In this document: positions 36,410-44,029 of the stretch, one piece after another
How positions within the stretch are numbered: position 1 is the first letter of the stretch
How the letters are laid out: the number at the start of each line of letters is the position of its first letter
IMG/VR virus record: IMGVR_UViG_3300021961_000135
Location: 1-53,854 of that record
Reading direction: 5' to 3' (one strand)
From: a virus
Taxonomy: Duplodnaviria; Caudoviricetes
DNA: 53,854 nt
Program-made: the position numbers and the translations under genes
Notes under the pieces: model-generated
What the model saw: only the letters and a program-made list of their open reading frames with translations
Told to the model about the DNA's origin: nothing
Database searches by the model: none

Positions 36410-37528
36410 TCAAGTCAACAGCGCAGGTAGTACTGGCTTGAAGACTGCAGGCTTGCGTACATCCCATTGCAGGTAGTAGCAGATGACCTCAGCGATAGCT
36501 GTGACTGTATGGAACGACTTGGTCGCGGCACTGATAAGACCAGACGCATCGCCCTCCACCAGCATATCGTATATGCCTTGCTCGGCAAAGCACAGGTCAT
36601 CACGATGCGAGTAGCTAAGCGCAGACGCTTGGAAGCAGTGCAGTAGCGTAGTCAGCGTGTACGCAGGCATCTGGTCAAGCCAGACCTCGATGCTGTCCAC
36701 ATCAGCCTCCAGCACCGCATTGGCAATCTCATCAGCTTCAGGGCGCACAAAGCCATCCTCATCAGCATCGGCATCTGGGAACTCGTAAGACGCCTCGTCG
36801 TAGTTGGCGCTGTGTGCGCTAGCCTTGCGTGGATAGATGCCAAAGCTTGCGTTGTAGTCGTACATCTCGTCGTACTCGTCATCCATGTAGTTGCCGTAGC
36901 CACTCGTGTACTTGTACGACTTGAGCGCAGTCGTGCTTTTGTAGCTGGGTATAAGACGCGATGGAGTCCAAGCGTAGGTATTGCTGAACCACATATCGTC
37001 ATGCTCGATACCTTGATCGAAGTTGACATGCTGCATACGACCCTCGCCGTTCATGAACACGAAGCGATTGTTGCCGATGAACTCCTCCATCATAGACACG
37101 AAGCCCTTGTCGTACACAAGGTCAGGGGCAGAGGACACAGCGCTGTGCAAGTAGTCCTTGATGAAGTGCCATGTATCTGACTTGGACTTGTCAGCGGCAT
37201 TGCCCGTGTGCAGTACGCCGTTGTGCATCATGGCGATGAAGCCAGGAATCACATCATAGGGATGGCAGTTGAGCATATCGGTCTTGCCGTGTGTAGTCCA
37301 GCGGAAGTGAATAGCGATCTCACGCTCGTCTTGAGGCAGGCGCTGAATGAATGCAGTAGCATCGCCAAGATTCTTGGGCAAGGTCTTGGTGACCTTGAGC
37401 CCCTTGGCTGTGCCATACATGAACCCAATGCCGTCAGGGTTGGAGGTGAAGATGTCGCTGAGTAAACCGTGCGTGTCGAGCAGGGTTGAACGAACTTTGG
37501 AAGACTTGCCAGTAATAATGAGACACAT
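36410..37528 (-). CDS. Class II (Ntn) glutamine amidotransferase
   Basis: N-terminal Cys2 (MCLII), NPDGIG, HFRWTTHG, NCHPY, MHNG, SDT. Confidence 0.9.
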   Translation of the reverse strand: MCLIITGKSSKVRSTLLDTHGLLSDIFTSNPDGIGFMYGTAKGLKVTKTLPKNLGDATAFIQRLPQDEREIAIHFRWTTHGKTDMLNCHPYDVIPGFIAMMHNGVLHTGNAADKSKSDTWHFIKDYLHSAVSSAPDLVYDKGFVSMMEEFIGNNRFVFMNGEGRMQHVNFDQGIEHDDMWFSNTYAWTPSRLIPSYKSTTALKSYKYTSGYGNYMDDEYDEMYDYNASFGIYPRKASAHSANYDEASYEFPDADADEDGFVRPEADEIANAVLEADVDSIEVWLDQMPAYTLTTLLHCFQASALSYSHRDDLCFAEQGIYDMLVEGDASGLISAATKSFHTVTAIAEVICYYLQWDVRKPAVFKPVLPALLT

Positions 37529-37585
37529 AATAAACTCCTTGAGAAAAAGAATGGGGGGGTTTCTCCCCGCTTGGTTGTTGTTGAA

Positions 37586-39667
37586 TTAAACAGGTTGATC
37601 GGCAGACACTTCGTACGAGCACTGCGCCATAGTTGCCGCGAATGACTCGTTCATAAGAACCCACAACTCATTGACACGCATATACACGACATCGCCAGCA
37701 GCGATGGTGTCCATGTCGCCGTACGGGAAGAACGCATACTCAGAGCCTGCGTATGTAGCGAAGCGGAAGTACAGGTTGTTGCGCTCTACCCATGTCCTGA
37801 TGGTCTCAGCCTCGCTGTCGTAGGGTATGTGCATGGGGTAGTCATGGTTGTGCCTGTGCTCTGTGTACTGAGGTTGCCACGGGGCAGGGGGCACAGCGTC
37901 AGCGCAGGTCTCTGAAGCAGGTGCGATGACTGTTGGCGTAGAGGTATGTATCTGACGCACGCCATACCACTTGGTCAGCGCAGGGTACTGGCCGACAACA
38001 GTACGAAGCCACTTGATGAACGATGCACCATTGAGATCACGCCACGATGCGACACGGCAGAACATGACAGCGGCATGAGTGAACTCGATCTGTGCAAGGA
38101 GGCGTTCTTTCTTGAGTGATGCACGGAAGATGCGAAGCTCGACAGTGTTGTACTTGCCGTTGTAGCTGTTGTCCATGCTAAGACCAAGACGCAGAGCCTC
38201 ACGCTTGCCAAGGTTCATCATGTTGACCATGCGATAGCGCTCACCAGACTTATTCTTGACAGCCTGCTTGGGGTTGACAAGTATGGACTGATGCTCAGCG
38301 GCGCAGTAGCTACGGGCTTGGTCATCGACAGATGGATGGCGACCAGCAATCTTACGAATGAAGTCGACATTGCCGTTGCTGTTGATGAACATGAGGAACT
38401 TGCCAAGCGTCAACTGCGTGAAGGCACGAGAGTCAATGTGGATGTGCATACCGCACTTGCCCGTGTTCCATGCACGATAGGCAGGGTCAATGTCCCAAGC
38501 CTTGAATGTCTCGATGTGCTTGGTCAAGCCGTGTGGCATGGTCACAACCTCGAAGCCGTTGTGCGGTAGAGAGCCGTCACTCTTGATGATGCAGTATGAG
38601 GAACCGAGACGGCTACGCACAGACTCAGCGGCTGGGTGAGTATCGCTGTCACCCGAAGTCATCTCAAGCTCGATGCCCATCGTGAACTCCCCGAAGTGAG
38701 AAGACCTGATGCCTGAGTCGGAGTCAAGCACATTGAGCACATTGGTAGAGTACGACATGATTGGCTGATCTCTATCGTCGTCATCGCTGTCTTCATCATC
38801 GTCGCTGTCGTCACGATCATAGGTGTAGTAGCAGTCGTCACGATCACTGTAGTACGCATCGTCACGAGGCCAGTACTCATCGTTGTCCTCGCAGTACACA
38901 GCGTCATCCTCGAAGCATGAGTCACACCAAGTATCACGGCGCACATCGTGCGTGTTGTTCTCGTCTTCGTAGTGACCGCAGTCGCAGTGCACGATGCCCA
39001 TGTCCATGTCATTGATGGCATTGAACGCGCTGTCCAAGTGACTGTTGAAGTCGCCGTAGCGGTTGGATAAGTCAAAGAACGAGGTGCGTATCTCATCATT
39101 GCTGATGGACTCATCGCCTGCCTTGGCACGAGCAACGAGATGCCCGAAGTTCTTGAACGAACTGCGTATGAGGTTGTACCCATCATTGCTGAAGTGATGA
39201 CCGCCCTTGAACACAGCGTGTGGGTTATCAGTGTGACCAGCATACGCAACAGGATCATGCTTGCGTGCATAAGCCTCAACGACCTGATCGATACGCACAG
39301 ACAGCCTACTGCGAGCAAGTCGTGGCATATCATCCATGAGTTTAGGTGTCAGCAGTCTACGCATCATCTGATGCATATCGTAGCGATCACGGCTCTCATC
39401 ACTAGCCTCCTTGTATGTGATGGCACGAGGTGCATGAGCAAGATCACCTCTGACACGATAGCGTGAGACGCGAGTCCACAGCGCAAGGTTGTCGTTGGTA
39501 AGCAGATCAAGCGGTGACTTGAAGTTTGCTGACATAGAGTCACTGACAGTCAAGCGCCTACGAGATGCGTTGTACACCATGTAGCGGTTGTTGAGTGACA
39601 CGACAAACATGATGGCGTTGGAAGAGTCAATGAAGTCTTCCATAACAAAGCGAGTGAATTGAAACAT
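37586..39667 (-). CDS. Putative amidoligase (COOH-NH2 ligase, Amidoligase_2-like) with Cys-rich and acidic N-terminal extension
   Basis: GIELEM, KSDGSL, GFEVVT, CGMHIHI, RYRMVN, TVELRIF; upstream CDC/CDSC and a poly-Asp tract. Confidence 0.85.
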   Translation of the reverse strand: MFQFTRFVMEDFIDSSNAIMFVVSLNNRYMVYNASRRRLTVSDSMSANFKSPLDLLTNDNLALWTRVSRYRVRGDLAHAPRAITYKEASDESRDRYDMHQMMRRLLTPKLMDDMPRLARSRLSVRIDQVVEAYARKHDPVAYAGHTDNPHAVFKGGHHFSNDGYNLIRSSFKNFGHLVARAKAGDESISNDEIRTSFFDLSNRYGDFNSHLDSAFNAINDMDMGIVHCDCGHYEDENNTHDVRRDTWCDSCFEDDAVYCEDNDEYWPRDDAYYSDRDDCYYTYDRDDSDDDEDSDDDDRDQPIMSYSTNVLNVLDSDSGIRSSHFGEFTMGIELEMTSGDSDTHPAAESVRSRLGSSYCIIKSDGSLPHNGFEVVTMPHGLTKHIETFKAWDIDPAYRAWNTGKCGMHIHIDSRAFTQLTLGKFLMFINSNGNVDFIRKIAGRHPSVDDQARSYCAAEHQSILVNPKQAVKNKSGERYRMVNMMNLGKREALRLGLSMDNSYNGKYNTVELRIFRASLKKERLLAQIEFTHAAVMFCRVASWRDLNGASFIKWLRTVVGQYPALTKWYGVRQIHTSTPTVIAPASETCADAVPPAPWQPQYTEHRHNHDYPMHIPYDSEAETIRTWVERNNLYFRFATYAGSEYAFFPYGDMDTIAAGDVVYMRVNELWVLMNESFAATMAQCSYEVSADQPV

Positions 39668-39734
39668 ATGTTTCTCCTTGAGTTATATAAAAAGATGGGG
39701 AGAAAGTCTCCCCGACTAACACACGAACACGATC

Positions 39735-39977
39735 TCAACAGACCGCAGGCACCTCCATTTCTTCTAGTACATCGTATGAGTGGATCTCGAATGTGTTGTG
39801 CTCACCCACGATTGGATCGCCTGAACTTATGACATACGAGATGTCATCGTATAAGCGCAGGATGTCGTCACACATTGAGTCGGACAACTCGGTTGGCATA
39901 ACCAAACAGCGAGCGCTGAACGCATTGCTGAATGGTGGACGGGCTATGCCGTGGACTTGCAATAGAACTACTTTCAT
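39735..39977 (-). CDS. Hypothetical early protein
   Basis: AAGGAG SD; coupled ORF. Confidence 0.65.
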   Translation of the reverse strand: MKVVLLQVHGIARPPFSNAFSARCLVMPTELSDSMCDDILRLYDDISYVISSGDPIVGEHNTFEIHSYDVLEEMEVPAVC

Positions 39978-40180
39978 TTGGCTTCTCCTTTTCTTACTAA
40001 TTCAACTTCATCATCTGAAAGACACAGGTGTGCCCAACTCATCCAGTCCCCATCATTGGGGTTAAAGATGTATCCGTTCAACCCCTCTGAATGTCCCGAA
40101 TCGCCCATGCGTATCCAATCTACTGAGTTGATACGCACAATAGACCCTGCTGGTAGGTCTTTAATTTCTTCTGCTCTCAT
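39974..40180 (-). CDS. Hypothetical early protein
   Basis: AGGAG SD; coupled ORF. Confidence 0.65.
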   Translation of the reverse strand: MRAEEIKDLPAGSIVRINSVDWIRMGDSGHSEGLNGYIFNPNDGDWMSWAHLCLSDDEVELVRKGEAK

Positions 40181-40407
40181 TATTTGCTCCTGTTGTTGAT
40201 TGCTTCCAATGCCTCGTCAGCACACGCACGCCATGCGGCTTCGCTGATGAATGTGTTATCCGTTGACCAAGGCGGTGAGACTTTGGTTTGTTCTGAGTAC
40301 TTGGCGATAGCCTCGATGAGGAACGCCTGCATGAGTACGCCTTGCTTGCTGTAGGACATAAGCCCGTTGATAAGCTCGGCGTTGGTTTGGTGTTTAGCTT
40401 TCTTCAT
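40180..40407 (-). CDS. Hypothetical early protein
   Basis: MKKAKHQTN...QAFLIEAI..YS...AWRACA; AGGAG SD. Confidence 0.7.
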   Translation of the reverse strand: MKKAKHQTNAELINGLMSYSKQGVLMQAFLIEAIAKYSEQTKVSPPWSTDNTFISEAAWRACADEALEAINNRSK

Positions 40408-40585
40408 TTTGATTCTCCTCTTTGATTTGCAATACATACTGTTGGTTTAAGTGGTCGGGCTTGTATGTGCTGAACCCGCCATTGGCGAAGAACTGCACTA
40501 CATCGTTTAGCTTGTCAGGGTTCTCGATAGCAAACACAAGCTCGTTCTTGGTCAGCGCCAAGATCATTTCTTTTCTTGTCGTCAT
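40394..40585 (-). CDS. Hypothetical early protein
   Basis: MTTRKEMILALT; AAGGAG SD. Confidence 0.6.
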   Translation of the reverse strand: MTTRKEMILALTKNELVFAIENPDKLNDVVQFFANGGFSTYKPDHLNQQYVLQIKEENQNEES

Positions 40586-40708
40586 TTTGTTTCTCCTTGA
40601 AATAGGCAGGTTGCGGATGGTGTGCGGCATTGCCCAAGCGCCACGCACAGGGAATTCCCTTGGGGAGAAAGTCTCCCCAAAAGAAATGTTGATAGTTGAT
40701 GATAGTAG

Positions 40709-41413
40709 TCAGTCCTCCCCTAAAGAGAGTTTTGTCCATGTGGCAGGCACAGCTTCGTTCTTATCAAGCGCTTCAATAATCTTGATGGCTTGCTTGATTC
40801 GCCTGAGTTTGGCTGTGCGTTGGTCTGTGGCGTTGATGGCTATCTGCCGTTCTAGCGTTTCCATCTCTTTCCTTGTCTTGGTCAATAATCTCACCTTGGC
40901 TGTCTCGTGCTGATGGGGCAGCATGGTGCGTTGGAATGGCGTCTTGCGTTTGCCCCTTGGGGTTACTGGAACTTCGTTGAAGAGTAGAGTCACCTTGTCC
41001 TTGACCCTTGCAGGTATCCAGTCAGTCCAATGCTCGCCATCGTTGGGCAGTCCCTTGTCACGGGCTATCTGTATGGGCGTGTGATCTAACGCTTTGTATG
41101 GTGCGTCTAGCATGGCTACAAGTTTTTCCATGATGCGGATGTATTCACCGAACGCTAGCGTTCTTTCTGGGGAGACTTTCTCCCCGCCGTATCTCATGCC
41201 GACCTTGGCATTATTGATTTCGTAGCGCAGGGGTTGCAGTACTTTGTCCCACTCTGCCTTGCGCTGGGTGCGTGTGATACGGGAGACTCGAAGCGTTTCT
41301 TTGAGGTCAGCGACCTCTTGTTTGATGCGCTCGATCTCTGCGGGGTGTAGTTTGCGCTCAGTCAGGCGGTTGTGAAGGGCGTTGGGTGTGAGTTTGAGGT
41401 ATGTTTCGTACAT
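40709..41413 (-). CDS. Hypothetical helical early protein adjacent to the putative origin
   Basis: 234-aa basic helical ORF with NDGEHWTDWIP and VPATW motifs. Confidence 0.75.
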   Translation of the reverse strand: MYETYLKLTPNALHNRLTERKLHPAEIERIKQEVADLKETLRVSRITRTQRKAEWDKVLQPLRYEINNAKVGMRYGGEKVSPERTLAFGEYIRIMEKLVAMLDAPYKALDHTPIQIARDKGLPNDGEHWTDWIPARVKDKVTLLFNEVPVTPRGKRKTPFQRTMLPHQHETAKVRLLTKTRKEMETLERQIAINATDQRTAKLRRIKQAIKIIEALDKNEAVPATWTKLSLGED

Positions 41414-41774
41414 GAGATTATTGACTCCGAAATTGAGAGGCGGCCAAATGTCCAACACTACAGGGCGTAGACTAAGTTTGGTGTAGGCTCTGAAGCCGCA
41501 CCAATGCTAGCTTAGCACGAAAACTGTCCGATGTATCTATGTAATTTCTGGGAAGCTAACGCCAACCAAAAAAAGAAAGTCTTTGAGAAAGCGGAAATGC
41601 TCACCCCCTGATACATACATCTCTATATATATTTATATATATTATAGATAGATAGATAGGACAGTTTTTGCGGAACGCTAGTGTTCATGCGGGTTGCGGG
41701 GTTACACCAAACTTAGTTCGGGGGTTGTAGTGTTGGACATTTGGCCGTGACTGGTTTTTTGACTCAATAATCTC
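41414..41774. repeat. Long block-conserved inverted repeat around an AT-rich core (putative replication origin)
   Basis: Arms 41414-41540 and 41648-41774 align without gaps about an axis at 41594; core contains ATAC/TATA/ATAG runs. Confidence 0.8.
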
Positions 41775-41777
41775 GCA

Positions 41778-42017
41778 CTATAGTGCAGATGGGGAGACTT
41801 TCTCCCCAAAAGGCAGGTCGAGTTGGTGCATACCATTCTTCCATTGGTCATACGCTTGCTGCGTTTCGAACACAAGACCACGCAGATGTAGCGCACCTTT
41901 GACGAACACATGAACCTGATGGTTCGTGCCATAGATGATTGTCTGCATATGGTAGTCACGCCCTCTGATGGTGACGATGCCGACTTCTTTTGTGACGGGC
42001 TGAATGAGGTTACGCAT
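41778..42017 (-). CDS. Hypothetical early protein
   Basis: AAGGAGATCATC-ATG start. Confidence 0.7.
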   Translation of the reverse strand: MRNLIQPVTKEVGIVTIRGRDYHMQTIIYGTNHQVHVFVKGALHLRGLVFETQQAYDQWKNGMHQLDLPFGEKVSPSAL

Positions 42018-42027
42018 GATGATCTCC

Positions 42028-42222
42028 TTAGTTGCTGTGGTGAAGACGGGCGTAACGGCTCATGGCTTTGAGCATTACCTTTTGTGGGATGCGGTAGTCA
42101 TTAGCCAATGCCTTGGCAAGTGTGGGCAACAGGTGTGCTTGTACACAACGGATGGCGTTGTGTAACTCGTGAAGGATTCGCTTGGCATCCCGTGTGTCGA
42201 GGGTGTGTTGTTTGAGGGACAT
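42028..42222 (-). CDS. Hypothetical early protein
   Basis: AAGGAGATCATC-ATG start. Confidence 0.7.
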   Translation of the reverse strand: MSLKQHTLDTRDAKRILHELHNAIRCVQAHLLPTLAKALANDYRIPQKVMLKAMSRYARLHHSN

Positions 42223-42232
42223 GATGATCTCC

Positions 42233-42391
42233 TTAAGTGTTGTCGTGCTTGGTGATGAGTGTTGCGCCTTGCCACAGTTCTACGACTGTGAAGTGCTTTG
42301 ACAAAGTGCTGAAAAGAACTAAGGCGTCAATGTAGTTGTCTGCCTTGTATGTGCGGTCAAAACCGCTGTCGCGAAGGATTACTGAGTGCAT
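42233..42391 (-). CDS. Hypothetical early protein (52 aa)
   Basis: AAGGAGATCATC-ATG start at MHSVILR. Confidence 0.7.
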   Translation of the reverse strand: MHSVILRDSGFDRTYKADNYIDALVLFSTLSKHFTVVELWQGATLITKHDNT

Positions 42392-42492
42392 GATGATCTC
42401 CTTGAGATTATTGATTGGACAAAGAATGAAACACCGCAAGGGCTTGGCTCTTGCGGTGATCTGACAGAAACGGGGAGAAAGTCTCCCCAAGA

Positions 42493-42960
42493 TTATTGAA
42501 AGGACACAGAGTCACGCAACTGAGCAAGCAAGGCATCGAACTGTGCCTTGGTCAAGCCTGCGTCAATAATCTCGCTGACGATGTTGCTCACCAGTTGCTT
42601 GGGTACAGCGACTGTAGGTTTCTTGCCGTCTGATTTCTCAGGGCGACTGATGTGGTAGCGGAACTTCGCCTTGCCTGCATTGACGGCAAGCTCCTCAGTT
42701 CTGGTGCGCTCTGTGCGTTTCTTGCCGTAGGCTTTGGTTGCCTGAGCAAGCGTCATGGGCTTGATCTCTTTGCGAACGGCTGTGTAGCCAACCATGTAGT
42801 GCGTCACATAGCGTTGCTCCCAATCTGCTTTGTGCTCTGCTTCGAGTGCCACATACTGTGTGTGATATGTGTCGCTTGCATTTAGCACAGACGCATCGTT
42901 CTTACCGCAACCCTCCGCAAACTGTTCGTAGGTGTAGGTTGTTGCTTTTGCTTTAGTCAT
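42493..42960 (-). CDS. First early gene, hypothetical
   Basis: AAGGAGATCATC-ATG start; 155 aa; flanked by two 17-bp palindromes. Confidence 0.75.
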   Translation of the reverse strand: MTKAKATTYTYEQFAEGCGKNDASVLNASDTYHTQYVALEAEHKADWEQRYVTHYMVGYTAVRKEIKPMTLAQATKAYGKKRTERTRTEELAVNAGKAKFRYHISRPEKSDGKKPTVAVPKQLVSNIVSEIIDAGLTKAQFDALLAQLRDSVSFQ

Positions 42961-43043
42961 GATGATCTCCTTGAGTTGACTAAGTTGTAATGTCGGGGAG
43001 AAAGTCTCCCCGAATCGGCAGGGCTTGTCCCAACCGATGCCTC

Positions 43044-43053
43044 AATATTACCA
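43044..43053 (-). promoter_or_regulatory. Extended -10 promoter for the early operon
   Basis: TGG-TAATAT on the - strand, followed by a leader hairpin ATCGGTTGGG-ACAAG-CCCTGCCGAT. No clear -35. Confidence 0.45.
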
Positions 43054-43254
43054 AATGGGTACTTTATTCTGCTTTCAGGGCTACAAATGCGAACGAAAGA
43101 ACCCCACCCTACCCCCATGCCCCCTAAAAAGGGTGTAGGCGTTTACGTCTATAAACACTGTTTCTCACCCGCAAATCCAATTTTTCAAAACCTCATTTTC
43201 CCCCAACGCCAAAACGCCACCCCCCACCCCACTATAAAAATTTTCAAAGACTCT

Positions 43255-43270
43255 TGTCCAAGGTTTGACA
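43255..43270. promoter_or_regulatory. Operator-like palindrome
   Basis: TGTCCAAGGTTTGACA, third copy of the motif seen at 24970 and 35557. Confidence 0.55.
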
Positions 43271-43278
43271 TGCCCAAT

Positions 43279-43310
43279 AAAAAAGAGCCCCGAACCTTTC
43301 GATCCGGGGC
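43279..43310 (-). terminator. Intrinsic terminator (- strand)
   Basis: GCCCCGGATC-GAAA-GGTTCGGGGC-TCTTTTTT. Confidence 0.65.
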
Positions 43311-43363
43311 GCAAGGAGGTTTCCCTCAAGGAGAAGCAACTGAACAATTCAACAAAAGAAGAC

Positions 43364-43393
43364 TTGCACTGTTGCCGAAAAGAAGTGTACACT
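43364..43393 (+). promoter_or_regulatory. sigma70-type promoter for packaging/head genes
   Basis: TTGCAC-N18-TACACT, ~45 bp upstream of the small terminase candidate. Confidence 0.45.
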
Positions 43394-43438
43394 AACACCA
43401 ACGAGGCCACAAGCACCCGCCAGTGCCGACCCTACGCA

Positions 43439-44029
43439 ATGCTAGAACATCTTATTCACGGCGAATTTCACCCAGACGTGGTCGACATGACTGCGGCTAC
43501 GCTTTTGCCGCTTGATAAGGCCGAGCCTGCAACCATCATTGACGCACAAGTCAAGACAGCAGAGTGGCTCAAGGACTTGGAACTAGACGACGAAGCGGCA
43601 GAGTCCAAGGCAGACGCCCAAGCAGCGCGTCAATCGTTTGCTTCTCTTGTCACAGGCCAGCCACCACAGAATACACAGCAAGCACTTGCTAACATTAAAG
43701 CGCCAGCGGCAGTCCAGCACCTAGTGGGGATGCTCACAGCCTACGACTGGGCGTTTGTGGAGCAGGCTAAAGAACTGCGCGGGTTTGCCGTGGCTAAGAT
43801 CCTTGAGGAAGTAGACCATCCCGACGCCCGCATCCGGCTCAAGGCGCTAGACATGCTAGGTAAGGTTACGGAAGTGGCGCTGTTCACTGAGCGTGTTGAG
43901 GTCAAGAAGACTGAGATGTCGGACATAGAGCTTGAAAACCGCATTAAGGACAAGCTCAATAGGTTCATGGGCGTGATTGATGTGGTAGATGTGTCTGAAG
44001 AAGCCGTGAAAGATGCAGATGAAGACTGA
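43439..44029 (+). CDS. terS: Terminase small subunit (putative)
   Basis: Directly upstream of terL; RIRLKALDMLGK...LFTERVEV. Confidence 0.7.
   Translation: MLEHLIHGEFHPDVVDMTAATLLPLDKAEPATIIDAQVKTAEWLKDLELDDEAAESKADAQAARQSFASLVTGQPPQNTQQALANIKAPAAVQHLVGMLTAYDWAFVEQAKELRGFAVAKILEEVDHPDARIRLKALDMLGKVTEVALFTERVEVKKTEMSDIELENRIKDKLNRFMGVIDVVDVSEEAVKDADED

Larger units (their letters stand above)
39697..43011. repeat. Dispersed 17-bp palindrome GGGGAGA-AAG-TCTCCCC
   Basis: Exact copies at 39697, 40662, 42472 and 42995, and in reverse orientation at 41169 and 41791. Degenerate copies at 35239 and 37553. Confidence 0.95.

Noticed and set aside
39697-43011. Palindromic repeats as a CRISPR array
   Set aside because: Spacing is irregular (500-1000 bp), orientation is mixed, copies lie inside genes and no cas operon is present. 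The Cas4-like gene is an ordinary phage exonuclease.
43087-43416. ORFs in the divergent intergenic region
   Set aside because: Low-complexity translations overlapping the operator, terminator and promoter; terS more plausibly starts at 43439.
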